Assembly: GCA_951406725.2 (NCBI GenBank)
Contig: OX597827.1
Location: forward strand, 55,552,001-55,616,000
Length of the DNA stretch: 64,000 nt
Direction of reading: 5' to 3'
DNA from: Octopus vulgaris
Lineage: Eukaryota
A program made the translations under genes and the position numbers. Of the stretch, positions 13,117 to 26,522 are shown one piece after another; positions within the stretch are counted from its first letter, which is position 1; every line of letters starts with the position of its first letter. The notes beneath the pieces are model-generated. The model made no database searches and was not told the DNA's origin. It was given only the letters and a program-made list of their open reading frames with translations.

Positions 13117-13703
13117 CTAATTAATAGAAAACAGTGCTGAAGATTTCACCAAAAAGATTAACAAAGAATTTCTAGATTACAATAAGCAATTTTATTATTA
13201 CAACTACACTGTACAGAACACAGCATAGAGAACGTACTGTTGGTCGTAATATCTTTTTTTTTTTAATTGTCTTAGTCAAAGAGAGGGCCTATAAGACTAG
13301 AGGAAGTTCTATTCAGATCAGAGACTTGATCAGAAAAAATGCTTGCATCAGAGTGGGCTCTTTAAACCCTTTAACATTTAAACTGGCTGTATCTGGCGTA
13401 AATATTCTACCTGTTTAGATTCAAACTGGCCAGATCTAGCTTCTTACACCTACCCTATAATATGTTTCTATAAATAGTCAAAATCTTGTAATTTCGAGAT
13501 AATGTAAGATGGAAGCCATTTCCATCAAAATACGATTGTAAATACTGTATAGTTTTGGCTGGCTGTGAGTACACATCCCTGATAGCTGGTATGATGTTTT
13601 TTGTCTTCCCCCAATATATATATTGTGTTTTTAAACATTGTATGTCCATAATGTATTTTACCTCGGATGAATATTGCAGTAACTTGCCTGTCAATGTATG
13701 TAT

Positions 13704-13741
<38 letters not shown>

Positions 13742-13878
13742 TACATACATTGGGCATGATGTATAGATGACCATTTTTATTTAATATTGCTTCAATTGCA
13801 TTTACTAAAGTTATAAAATTATTTTACCATGCACCAAAGTAATTTTCAGTTTAATCATTTGATTAATGATAAAATTGT

Positions 13879-14108
13879 TTAACCCTTTTGTTACCATATT
13901 TCTGTTGAGATGCTCTGTGTTTCTTTCAATTAATTTTAAATATAACAAAGAATTTAGTAAAACAACTTAGTTATCATTAAGCTGGTGTTAGGAACATAAA
14001 TTGTGATTAAGGTTTAGTGGAAGATTTTAATTCAGAACTTTTGAAAACAAAACATTTGTACTACAGAGCCAGAGGCAGTTTCAGCCGGGTTGGTATCAAA
14101 AGGGTTAA
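13879..14108. mobile_element. piggyBac-type MITE
   Basis: TTAA-CCCTTT ... AAAGGG-TTAA termini; homologous copies at 25669 and 58807. Confidence 0.7.
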
Positions 14109-14142
14109 TTATAAGAAACAAAGACCCCAAAAAGCAACTTAC

Positions 14143-14262
14143 CTGTTGGTCAGTGGTGACAGTTTTAATTTTGTCAATCAAACTATGAAGAATATCCAAA
14201 GTAGCTAATTTCTTTTCCAGGATCATTTCACAGTTCTTTTTTCTCTTCAGTGTGTAAAGAGC
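14143..14262 (-). CDS. CHMP7: CHMP7 coding exon 7: ALYTLKRKKNCEMILEKKLATLDILHSLIDKIKTVTTDQQ
   Basis: aattcag acceptor, gtaagt donor; Snf7 'AL..LK.KK..E' motif; 120 nt. Confidence 0.92.
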
Positions 14263-15464
14263 CTGAATTAAGAAATAAATAATACTGAAATGTTGCAGAA
14301 ATGCTTAAAACAAACATTGATTTTTATTTTTTTAACTTACTGATATAAACATATACAATAGGTTTCTTTCAGTTTCCATCTACCAAATTCACTCACAAAG
14401 GCAGCTACAGCTTGGCACCAGAGATGTCACAACTCATTTCAATAGCTGAGTGAATTGGAGCAACATGAAATAAAGTGTCTTGCTCAAGAACACAACACAT
14501 AGCCCGGTCTGGGAATCAAGCTCACATTCATGATTGTGAGCCTGACACTTTAACCACTGAGCTATGTGGTTTCAATCTCAACAGAAAATAGTTTCAAACA
14601 TGACATACTTCAACAAAAGACAAATTGGTACATAAAATTGTTTTCTCCAGCAAAAGTGTTAAAGTATTTTGATACCAGTGCTGTGTTTGCATAAGGACAA
14701 AGGCAATGTTCTAACTCACCTGATTATAAATAAATACAGTAATGCCTTGATATAGGAGTTAATTTGTTCCCAGAGACTACATGTAAAGCAAAAACTCATA
14801 AAGCAGAGTGATAATTTCCCATAGCACAATATTATAAATTGTAATTCATTCCCATAAAATTTATAGTACTCATAAATAAATGGTAATAAAATAACAGTAG
14901 AGTGCAGAGAATATTTTATGTAAAGTAAAAAGAATGTCAAGATTATTTATAATAAAAAATACTACAATAGTTTTCTGAATTACTTTGACTTTGATGCACA
15001 CCATCATTTGTAGATGTGATTGCCAATTCACAAACACTCATAGATGGACTTGTATTTTTCTTTTTAAAAATAAGTCAGGAGTTGTTTGCTTAGAACATGC
15101 TTTTTTCCACTCTCCATAAATTTCTCAGTAACATGCATTTGTTATGGTAGTAGAAACTTTTGCGTTCCGTTCCAAATTTTGATCCTGTGCTAGAAAAATA
15201 AAACTTGTAAACCTGGGGTCTTGTAAAGTAGGTCCTTGTAAAGTGAGGTATTTACTGTACTAAGAGAAGTAACGCAACAGGTGGTACAAATGTTTTATTA
15301 GCTTAAGGTACCAAGTTTAAAATCACTCGCATACCTGCAGGAAGGGAAGTCACTCCAGTGAATTCTACTTTAAACCCCAACAACCTCTCATAAATCAAAA
15401 TCTTCACTGGTACTTTACTAGCTCACCAGTTACAAAAAAGCAAAAAACAAAATTACAAATAATA

Positions 15465-15830
15465 TCTTTTATCTTTTATTTGTTTCAGCCATTAGATTGT
15501 GGCCATGCTGGGGCACTGACTTGGAGAACTTTTTAGTCAAATGAACCAACCCCAGGACTTATTTTTTCAAGCTTGGTACTTATTCTATTGGTCTCTTTTG
15601 CCAAACTGCTATGTTATGGGGATATAAACACACTAGTATTGGTTGTCAAGAAGTGGTGGGGGACAAACACAAGTACAAAGACACACAGAGGCTTCTTTCA
15701 GTTTCTATCTACCGATTCCACTCACAAGGCTTGAATTGGCCTGAGGCTATAGTAGAATATGCCACACAGTAGGACTGAACCTGTAACCATGTGGTTGGGA
15801 AGCAAGCTTCTTATCACACAACCACGTCTG
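15465..15830 (-). mobile_element. SINE family A copy
   Basis: Reverse complement of the gtagacggaaactgaaagaagcc...ccagcatggccacagtc...gactgaaacaagtaaaaga consensus seen at 59035. Confidence 0.7.
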
Positions 15831-16264
15831 TACCGATAAATAGCCAACAGAATGATAATTATTTCTAATATAGGCACAAGGCCTCAAATTGGTGGTGGTG
15901 GTGTGGGAGCATGAGGTCAGTTGATTAAATTGACCTCAATGGGATTTGAATTCAGAACCACACCAAAGTCATAATAATAATAATGATAATAATGGTTCCA
16001 AATTTTGGCACAAGGCCAGCAGCTTTAAGGGAGGAGTAAGTCGATTAATCAACCCCAGTGTTCATTTGGTACTTACTTTTCCATCAACCCAGAAAGGATA
16101 CAAGGCGAAGTTGACTTAAGCAGAATTTGAACTCAACACACAACATAAAGCCCCAGAAGAAATGCTAAACATTTTGTTTGACTCACTAACAATTCTATCA
16201 ACTCACTACATTAGTTGTCATAATAATAATAATAAAAACAATAATAATAATTATTATTATTATC

Positions 16265-16425
16265 TTTTGTTGTGTCTAGGCAGAGTCATTATACCAACTG
16301 ACTAATAATAACTGAGTCAAACTGAACCAGTGTGTGTGAGTTAATATACTGGCATAATGACTCTCTCTAGACACAACAAAATTTGTTTCAGCACACAAAT
16401 TCATATAAAGAATCTTGCAAACCAG
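16265..16425. repeat. Fold-back element (32-bp arms) with tail shared with the 52377 element
   Basis: ttttgttgtgtctaggcagagtcattatacca / tggcataatgactctctctagacacaacaaaa; tail cacacaaattcatataaagaatcttgcaaacca. Confidence 0.7.
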
Positions 16426-16839
16426 ATACAAAAGTGAAGTAAATTATTATTGTCCTTCCTACTATAGGCACAAGGTCTGAAATTTTGGAGGAAGAAGCTA
16501 ACCAATTACATTGACTGGTACTTATTTTATCGACACCAAAAGGATGAAAGCAAAGTTGATCTTGGTGGAATTTGAACTCAGAATGTAAAGCTGGATGAAA
16601 TGCTAATGATCCTGCCAGCTTGCCACCTTAACAATAATAGTAATGGTTTCAAATTTTGGCACAAGGCCAGAAATTTCAGGAGAGGAGTTGAGTTGATTAT
16701 GTTGACTCCAGTGCTCAACTGGTGCTTATTTTATTGACCCCAAAAAGGATGATGAACTCAGAATGTTAAGATGGAGAAAATGCCACTAAGCATTTTGCTC
16801 AGCATGCTAGCAAATGATAATAACAACAACAACTGTTTC

Positions 16840-17252
16840 TTATTTCTTTATTGCCCACAAGGGGCTAAACATAGAGGGGACAAACAAGGACAGACAAAGG
16901 GATTAAGTCGATTACATTGACCCCAGTGCGTAACTGGTGCTTAATTTATCGACCTTGAAAGGATGAAAGGCAAAGTTGACCTCGGCGGAATTTGAATTCA
17001 GAATGTAACGGCAGATGAAGTACCTATTTCTTTATTACCCACAAGGGGCTAAACATAGAGGGGACAAACAAGGACAGACAAAGGGATTAAGTCGATTACA
17101 TTGACCCCAGTGCGTAACTGGTGCTTAATTTATCGACCTTGAAAGGATGAAAGGCAAAGTTGACCTCGGCAGAATTTGAACTCAGAACGTAACGGCAGAC
17201 AAAATACTGCTAAGCATTTTGCCCGGCGTGCTAACATTTCTGCCAGCTCGCT
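16840..17252 (-). mobile_element. Young SINE family B copy with near-identical ~180-bp tandem duplication
   Basis: tatttcttta...cccacaaggggctaaacatagaggggacaaacaaggacagac...gaatttgaaYtcagaaYgtaacggcaga repeated twice. Confidence 0.8.
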
Positions 17253-19665
17253 TAGAAACAACTGTTTCTAACATAGTCACACAAGGCCAGAAATTTGAAC
17301 AGAGAGAATAGCTGATTATAGTGAATAATAGGACAAGTATGCAAGGTATTTTGTCTAATACTTTAATGTGTTTGTCAATATACCACCCTACCAAATAATA
17401 ATAATTCCTTTTAATTTAGGCATACAGCCAGCAATTTTAGGGAGGAGTAATTAAAAATTGGTAAACAAACAGGTGCAGGCATGGCTGTGTGGTAAGAAGT
17501 TTGCTTCCCAACCACATTGCTTTGGGTTCAATCTCACTGCATAACACCTTAGGTCTTCTACTACAGTCTCAGGCCAACCAAAGCTTTGTGAGTAGATTTG
17601 GTAGAAGGAAACTGAAAGAAGCCTGTTGTATATGTATGTGTGTCTTTGTGTCTGTGTTTTCCTTGCTTGACAACTGGTGTTGGTGTGTTTACGTCCTCAT
17701 AATTAAGCAATGAGACCAACAGAATAAGTACCAGGCTTAAAAAACAAACAGAAGTACTGGGGTTGTTTCATTTGGCTAAAATTCAAGGTGGTGCCCCAGC
17801 ATGGCTGCTGTTTAACGGCTAAAACAAGTAAAAGAGAATAAAGGAGAATAAACACATGAATTACACAAATTAAATATAGGCAAACCATTCACACTGGTGA
17901 GAAGGTGCCACATAGGTTGATGTAGTGTATCCCATGACCTCAACCACCTTTTGCTCCTAGAAGCATCCATTAGCATTCTCGATGTTGAACTCGGCTTCAA
18001 TGCTGCAATATTCTCTGGGCATATTAATATGCAGCTCTTGACAGACTGTCAATTAGGCTTTCACGTGAATCTATCAAGTGAGTGTTCCACAAAATCTTAT
18101 TCCATTTCCTTCTTAATCAGTATATTGTCAACCATGGCAGTTCGGACAATTCATCAGCTCTGAGCAGGTGATTTGAAGAATTGCAAATCTCATGATTCTG
18201 CAGAAAGAGGTGAATTTCTCTTTTTGGATCTTGCTTGTATTCTTTTCCTTTCTTTCCCCCCTTTCTCTGTTGTCCTTAACAGTTTGTCACTTTTATCTAG
18301 TCTCCATTAATCTCTTCATACTCACAAGACAATGGGGTAGTCCTAGTGTAAAAGGACACCATAGCTTCCTTATCAATAGCTCCTGGCACTGAAGATGATT
18401 TTTATTGTTTTCCTCAAAACATCCCTGTAACTTAGCAGTTCAGCAAAAGTGACTAACAGAATAAGTAACAGACTTAAAACAAAAACAAGTACTGGGGTTG
18501 ATCTGTTTAACAAAACCCTTCAAAGAGGTGCCCCAGCAGGGCCACAGCCCAGTGATTGAAATAAGTAAAAGATAAAAGATGAAAGATATTCCACAATCAA
18601 AAAGAAAAATGCAAACCAAAAACATTATCACAACAAATCAGCAAAATAAATACAAGGACATTGAAACAGATGTAAGCACACTGTAGAAGTATGAAAGTGA
18701 AAGTGAAACTAACAATAATTTGTTCAGACAGTAGAATGTTTTAATCATGCAGTAATTTCTAGTAAATCTAGTAAGGAGACTGCTGTTTTCTCCCTTCTCT
18801 ATAATGAAAGACATACATTTGAAAGTTAGATTTCTTCATTACTATCATCATTGGTATTGTCATCATCATCATCATCATCATCTAACGTCCACTTTTCTAC
18901 GCTGGCATGGGATGAACAGTATAAAACAATATTCCACTGTTTGAAGTATTTGCATTACTTTTTGCTGATGTAGAAAATAACTAGTTTCTATAGGTTTTAC
19001 AGCTTTACTACAAAATAACAATTGATGTAGTAGGCATGCAATAAAAAGGAATCTAAACAAAATAAAACTAATACCTTTGTAGAGCTCACAGCTTCACACA
19101 TGATTCTCAAAATAATTATAAAACACAGCACTTATTTTATGTAGAACCACTTTCAGTTCAGGAACACAAATTTCTCACAATACTATAAAAGATTGTACAT
19201 CATCATCATCATTTAATGTCCGTTTCATGCTGGCATGGGTTGGGCAGTTTGACCAGAGCTGTTGAGGCCAAGGGCTGCACCAAGCTCCATTGTCTGTTCT
19301 GGCATGGTTTCTACAGCTGGATGCCCTTCCTAACACCAGTCACACCACAGAGTGTACTGGGTGCTTTTAATGTGGCCCCAGGATGAGTGCTTTTTATGTG
19401 GCATCAGCAATGTATCAATTCTGCCATGGTGGGCAGGTCTTCTTGACTACAGCAATGCATCAAAAACACTAAAACAACAGAACAAGGAACAACAAACAAA
19501 ACCAACAATACAACACATTAAATTATTTATAATATAAACAATTCATGCCTCACTCCCAGATATATTGTAACACTTAGTGTTCACGCACACAGATGTTGCA
19601 GTGAAAAACTCATATAAATAACTGAAATAATAATATGATAATAATAATAATAATCATTATCTCAC

Positions 19666-19714
19666 CAGTTGGCGCGATTTGCTTTTCACATGTTCTCGAG
19701 CTTCTTTAGAAAGT
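19666..19714 (-). CDS. CHMP7: CHMP7 coding exon 6: (R)LSKEAREHVKSKSRQL
   Basis: cttttcag acceptor, gtgag donor; 49 nt, phase 2->0 bridges exons 5 and 7. Confidence 0.88.
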
Positions 19715-20254
19715 CTGAAAAGATAAGTAAAATAAACGATTATCTTATTTCATATTAAATTCAAAGCAACAAATGGTGTATTTGCTAGTATACAAGTCAA
19801 ATTTTTCTTCCTGAAATTTACAGTCAAAAAAGTTAGATCAACTTATAGACCAAGATGGTTTTGGCAGACCTAAATTTCCATATGAAATGTAGCAGGATTT
19901 GAAAAGATAGGGACATGTTTACACTGTATAACACATCAACTTGCATGCTGAAAAATACGGCAAACAACTCTGAGACAATACAACAGCATACTTACGACTG
20001 GGGTTTCTCTCTTTTATCAACAAAATAATCATCTCTGTTATAAGTGCTGGTGTTATTATTTATGGGCAAAGACGTTGTTGATGTGGATGCAAAAATCTTG
20101 ACAGGCTAGCTTGAATTGACTAGAGGTAGTCAATCCAGTGATTAACAGATGTTCGTAGGTCTTACACCTGCATATATGTTGACTTTTAATTTGGTTTGAG
20201 TTCATGCAGTGTTTGTTTGTCTGAAGATACAGAATAGCAGTCAAGACATATGTC

Positions 20255-21655
20255 TAGGCTTGTTTCCCAACCACATGATTTCAGGTTCAGTCCTACTGTG
20301 TAGCACTTTGAGCAACTGCCTTCTACTATAGCCTTGGGTCGACCAAAGCTTTATGAGTGGATTTGGTAGATGGAAACTGAAAGAAGTCTGGCAACTGCCT
20401 TCCACTATAGCCTTAAGTCGACCAAAGCTTTATGAGTGGATTTGGTCGATGGAAACTGAAAGAAGTCTGGCAACTGCCTTCCACTATAGCCTTAAGTCGA
20501 CCAAAGCTTTATGAGTGGATTTGGTAGATGGAAACTGAAAGAAGCCTGGCAACTGCCTTCCACTATAGCCTTAAGTCGACCAAAGCTTTATGAGTGGATT
20601 TGGTAGATGGAAACTGAAAGAAGCCTGGCAACTGCCTTCCACTATAGCCTTAAGTCGACCAAAGCTTTATGAGTGGATTTGGTAGATGGAAACTGAAAGA
20701 AGTCTGGCAACTGCCTTCCACTATAGCCTTAAGTCGACCAAAGCTTTATGAGTGGATTTGGTAGATGGAAACTGAAAGAAGCCTGGCAACTGCCTTCCAC
20801 TATAGCCTTAAGTCGACCAAAGCTTTATGAGTGGATTTGGTAGATGGAAACTGAAAGAAGCCTGGCAACTGCCTTCCACTATAGCCTTAAGTCAACCAAA
20901 GCTTTATGAGTGGATTTGGTAGATGGAAACTGAAAGAAGTCTGGCAACTGCCTTCCACTATAGCCTTAAGTCGACCAAAGCTTTATGAGTGGATTTGGTC
21001 GATGGAAACTGAAAGAAGTCTGGCAACTGCCTTCCACTATAGCCTTAAGTCGACCAAAGCTTTATGAGTGGATTTGGTAGATGGAAACTGAAAGAAGTCT
21101 GGCAACTGCCTTCCACTATAGCCTTAAGTCGACCAAAGCTTTATGAGTGGATTTGGTAGATGGAAACTGAAAGAAGTCTGGCAACTGCCTTCCACTATAG
21201 CCTTAAGTCGACCAAAGCTTTATGAGTGGATTTGGTAGATGGAAACTGAAAGAAGTCTGGCAACTGCCTTCCACTATAGCCTTAAGTCGACCAAAGCTTT
21301 ATGAGTGGATTTGGTCGATGGAAACTGAAAGAAGTCTGGCAACTGCCTTCCACTATAGCCTTAAGTCAACTAAAGCTTTATGAGTGGATTTGGTAGATGG
21401 AAACTGAAAGAAGCCCGTAGTAAATATGCGTATGTGTGTGTGTCTTTGTGCCTGCGCTTGTCTCCCATGTCATTTGACAACAAGTGCTGGGGTGTTAATC
21501 CCTGTAACTTAGCAGTTCAGTAAAAGAGACTGACAGAGTAAGTACCAAACTTGAAAGAAAAAACTACTGGCGTTGATTCATTCAACTAAAAATTCTTCAA
21601 GCCAGTGCCCCAGCATGGACGTAGTCTAACAACTGAAACCAGTAAAAGATAAAAA
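20255..21655 (+). mobile_element. SINE family A copy expanded by an internal minisatellite
   Basis: SINE head 20257-20311 and tail 21415-21655 flank the array. Confidence 0.75.
20312..21415. repeat. 79-bp minisatellite, 14 near-identical copies
   Basis: Unit gcaactgccttccactatagccttaagtcgaccaaagctttatgagtggatttggtagatggaaactgaaagaagtctg; no spacers. Confidence 0.95.
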
Positions 21656-22370
21656 ATATACATTTGAAAGCTGTACTAAATGCAAAAATGTTTACATTGA
21701 AGATAGTCACTGTACATGTGGTAGATGCCTGGTAATTTTAAGACTTAGTGATTCATCGGATATGTTGTTGACCTAATACAAAAGTGTTTCTTACTGTGAA
21801 TATGACTTACTGTGTGTATTAGTGTTTTGCAATTGTAAGAGAGAAAATATTCATAAAAATGATATTATAGTATCATTTTGTAGCGTTTCTAAAGAGTTAT
21901 ACACAAATATTTGCAGCAGCTGATAGGTTAGAATACACTGCAACTATAGTGAAAGCTGTAACCATAATAAGAATTAACAAGAAAATTTCTATGCCCTTAT
22001 CTCTGTAGTTACTCAACCTACTCAAAGTAGTAATCAAATGGCTGCTAAAAAAACCTCTTCTTCATGTCTAAAATGTAAAATCATATCCTCAAGACAGAAT
22101 ATACTAACAGAGATGTAGGGTGGTGAGAAATCAGTTAGATGTTTGATTAAACTATATTGTGGAATTATTTCTTAGTGAGCACTCTGTCTTCTTGATGGGT
22201 GCAATATATTTTCACTGCTATACTCTACAAAAGCTATCATTGTTTGTATACTGCTGCTTGTGTGTGTGTGTGTGTGTATGTGTGCATGCACATGTATATA
22301 TGCACAAATATTCATGTAGAAATATCTTTGGAGTATTTTCTGCAGATTATAATTGTAATGCCAGACTAAC

Positions 22371-22433
22371 CGTTTAATATCTTCAGTCAAAGTGTTCACT
22401 TGTTTTCCCAATCGAATCTCAACACACTGTATC
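22371..22433 (-). CDS. CHMP7: CHMP7 coding exon 5: (Q)IQCVEIRLGKQVNTLTEDIK(R)
   Basis: Long polypyrimidine tract plus ccacag acceptor, gttagt donor; 63 nt phase 2->2. Confidence 0.88.
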
Positions 22434-24497
22434 CTGTGGAAAAAGAAAAAAAAAAAAGATATCAAATAGTGAATTAGGCACAGGAGTCTATATGTATATA
22501 TATGTGTATGTATGTGTATGTGTATTTGTGTTTGTCCTCCCAACATCGCTTGACAACCGATGCTGGTATGTTTACGTCCCCGTAACTTAGCTGTTCGGCA
22601 AAAGAAACCGATAGAATAAGTACTAGGCTTACAAAGAATAAGTCCTGGGGTCAATTTGCTCGACTAAAGGTGGTGCTCCAGCATGGCCACAGTCAAATGA
22701 CTGAAACACGTAAAAGAGTAAAAGAATAGTAGATAGCAGTAAAATAGTGAAAAATCTTCAGTAATATGAAGGCTTCAACCAATCTTCCCTCACTTGAATG
22801 GATTTGATCTTCAGACTGTAAATCCCAAATTAGTTTCTTGTTTCTTATTTCTTCTACTGGGTCATCTTTTCTTTAGTACCAGTGCTAAGAAAGGAGCTGT
22901 TCAGCTCCTGTGAAAAATATTGCACATAACCACAATATTAACTATTATAATCCACAACTTATAAATCATAAAGATTTAATCCATTTGTCCTTTGAGGGTG
23001 ATATTTTCTTTCTGTTCTTATACCTGAGAGTAGGAAGGATGCCAGCTCCAGCTATTGTAAGATAGCTAAGTATTGCAGATAGATGTGAAATTATTGTAGT
23101 TATACAGGGGTTAGAAAGTTGGAGGTTGTGTCATAAAAAAAGTATAATTGTTACAAAGATAGTAACATAATGAAGCGTGAAATGATTGAAGACAAGGTGA
23201 GAAGAAAATAGAAACATCACATGAATAGTGATTCAGAAATATTTATTCTTGATTAATTTACTTTCATAAAAAGTGTATGAAACTCAAGAACTTTAACCCA
23301 GGTTGCATATCATCATTGTTTTAATGTCCACTTTTCCATGCTTGCATGGATAGGACAGTTTATTATGGCAGATTTTCTATGATCAGATGTCCTTCCTGTT
23401 GCCAACCCATATCTCTTTTCAAGCAAGGTAATATTTCCCCATGGCCACACATGTCTTTGTAGAAATCATTTACAACAATCATGTAATGTCAAGATGAAGC
23501 ACAATCATTCACATATGCACACACACACATGTCCATCTGTCTCTCCATGTTGTACAAACTTTACTCACTTAAATCCAATGATGTACAGATGTCTCACTAT
23601 CATTTCATTTCTTGATCCATTTTGTATTTTATAAAGTTCTACGACAATGGATGTGTGGCATGAAAGGTTGTCATATCCACACACATCATATGCAGGAATG
23701 AAAGTAAATCAGAGCAATCAGACTGAATGTGAGAGGCCTACCATCTGACAAGATAAGGCAATCACCATTTGTATGTATATATGGATGGATTATGATGTGT
23801 GTGTGTGTGTGTGTGCATGCATGCATGCACATGTATACATGCGTGTTCACATTGATGTTTATGTCCCAGATGGAAAAAGTGAAAATAAAAACTGATTATG
23901 ATGATGATGATTATTGTAGTGCACCTGAGCATTTGAAGTACACCTGGTCGTCGTCGTCATCATCATCACTGTTTAACGTCCATCTTCCATGCATGCATGG
24001 ATAGGATGGATGACAGGAGCCAACCAGGTAGCAAAACTACCCTAGGCTACTGAGTCTGTTTTGGCAGGGATTTTACACCTGGATGCCCTTCCTAACACCA
24101 ACCACTCCACGGAGTGGACTCAGTGATTTTACGTGGCACTAACACAGGTGAAGTTAGTTTTGGCATGATTTTTACAGCTGGATGCCCTTCCAAACACCAA
24201 CCATGTTACAATGTGGATTTGATGCTTTTAATGTGGCACCAGTGCTGGCAGGGTAACCTAGTAACTCACAAGACAAGGAATTATGAGATGGGTAGGACAT
24301 TTAAGGAAGGGAACTTGTGTCAGAGGATGAAAGGTTAGAGTGTGACAAAGGGACAGAGAGACAGAAGCAGATGTCTTTCCACAACAGAGGGGGCATTAGA
24401 GGGCATCTTGCCACAAAAGAGGAAGCATCCAGTATCAAATGATGAAAGGTTAGAGTGTAATAGAGAAATAGGTGTCTTGCTATAGAGGACATACATC

Positions 24498-24538
<41 letters not shown>

Positions 24539-25016
24539 TAAGAAACAGCAACAGTTTAAGAGAAAGTAGAAGAGGGATGGTGTAGTGCTAGGGTATACTC
24601 ATAAGTAACAAGAATACAAGTGTTGAACCTGGTTAGAAAAATAGGGTGTGGGGGAGCAAGTGAGGGCAAGAAAGGGGATTGGAAAACAATCACAATTTAT
24701 GAAGAGGAAATGTAAGGAAGAGAAAGATGCCATTAGAAGAGGAGTTGTAGTTCGATTTCTTAGGGTAGAGTGGGTGAAAAGTGTGCTGTCACATGTGGGT
24801 GGGACACAACTCTTCTAGCACTATTTCATGGATGGGTCTTCTCTAGAACCTCATATCACCAAACATACTAAGATCAGTCCTCACCACTTCATTCCATGTT
24901 TTACAGTATACAATAAGTTCATTATTATATTTTTTATATTCTCACATATTGTACAACAATGAATTTAACGACAATAAAAGGTTTAACAAAAGAAGGTGGA
25001 AGTTATCAGTACTTAC

Positions 25017-25087
25017 TGATATATCTTAAGATCTGTGCATTTGACAGGAGAAACATTAACATTCTGGTTGTCAGTAAACTTGATTAA
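25017..25087 (-). CDS. CHMP7: CHMP7 coding exon 4: LIKFTDNQNVNVSPVKCTDLKIY(Q)
   Basis: ctttcag acceptor, gtaagt donor; matches CHMP7 'VKF......VSPV...D.G.Y.L' motif; 71 nt. Confidence 0.9.
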
Positions 25088-25364
25088 CTGAAAGACAAGT
25101 AGATTGGAGTGAAATCATCCCAGGAATATCATGACATCTGGGAGTATCAGGGCACCTGTTACCACAAAAATACAATCATAAAGATGCAGGGCAGTGAAAA
25201 CATGAAATGTTGATGATGAATGAATAATCCTAAAAAAAAAAATGTTAATTGTATATTCGGGTTACTCTGCTGTGGACTTAGAAAATCACATGTATTGAGT
25301 TTTAGTGAGCTGAGAACATTTACTGAGCTTTGGATCAAAGATTTGTTAATTCTAGCCACAAGAG

Positions 25365-25625
25365 CAGTGATTCTCAATTGAGGTTCAAATGGTCCTTGAG
25401 GGTCCATTTAAGATTTTGTTGTTAAAAGTTAACTCTAATTAATTGGTTATACTTCTACAATACACAATATTTTAATAATGATTTTTATACAATTCCTAAT
25501 GATATTTAATTATAAAAATCTGATTGGATTTTTTTAAAACACTGAATGAACATGAGGATCCATCTGAGTAAAATAGGAATCGAAGGGGTCCGAAGGCAAA
25601 AAAAGAAAAGTTTGAGAAATACTGC
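25365..25625. mobile_element. hAT-like MITE
   Basis: cagtgattctcaa ... ttgagaaatactg termini; related element at ~58228-58560. Confidence 0.5.
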
Positions 25626-25668
25626 ACTAGAGTCTTTGAGGTGTCTGACACAACAAAGGATGGATCTT

Positions 25669-25897
25669 TTAACCCTTTTGTTACTAACATGGCTGAAACC
25701 GGCTCTGGCTCTGTAGTACAAATGTCTTGTTTTCATAAGTTTCGAATTAGAATCTTTCACCAAACCATAGTTATAATTTATATTCCTAACACTAGCTGAA
25801 TAATAACTAAGTTATTTTACTAAATTCTTTGTTATATTTAAAGTAATTGAAAGAAACACAGACCATCTCAAAATAAATACAGTAATGAAAGGGTTAA
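25669..25897. mobile_element. piggyBac-type MITE
   Basis: TTAACCCTTT...AAAGGGTTAA; reverse-oriented homolog of 13879-14108. Confidence 0.7.
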
Positions 25898-26522
25898 ATA
25901 TGAAGTTTCTTGTTTCTAAGTTCAAATCTTGATAAATCCACCACCCCGCCCCACTAAAAAAACCAAAGAAAATAACATGATTTTCAGCTACAGTGGCTGA
26001 TTCCAAAATAAACAAAAGGCTTCTTTGTAAAGAGATTTTATGTCATTGCAAAACCTTTTCTGCTTAGATAGACAATTTTCAGTTTATAGTGGACTTGAGA
26101 TAAAATTTCTAAAAATGACAGTTCGTATAACACTTGACTGTTTCTGCTGATGAAAGAAAAATAAAGAGTTGTTTCTTAAGTGACATGATGTGATGTGATG
26201 TGCATGTATGTGTGTATACACATATATTGATGAATACATAAATAGGGGATTGTAGATATGTAAGAGTAAAAGTGAAAATGAGTGAAAATATGAGAGAGAG
26301 AGTGAGAGATAAATAGAGATAAAAGAATTGCAAGAGTTATGTAGAAATTTTCTAAATGAAGAATATGAAAGGGACAAGAAAAGTGAATTGTTTTAATTAA
26401 TTACAAACCAAAAAAAGAAAAGCCAATTAGATTATTATAATTAAAATAAATATCAGTCAAATATTGATTTCAAATTTTGGTACAAGGCCAGTGATTCTTG
26501 GGGAAGGAGAAAGTTGATGAAA

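Noticed and set aside
17888-17906. C2H2 zinc-finger linker IHTGEK
   Set aside because: Isolated, with no Cys/His pattern or open frame around it
20312-21415. CRISPR array (also considered for 26523-27585 and 38315-38497)
   Set aside because: Head-to-tail repeats without unique spacers, eukaryotic context, no cas genes
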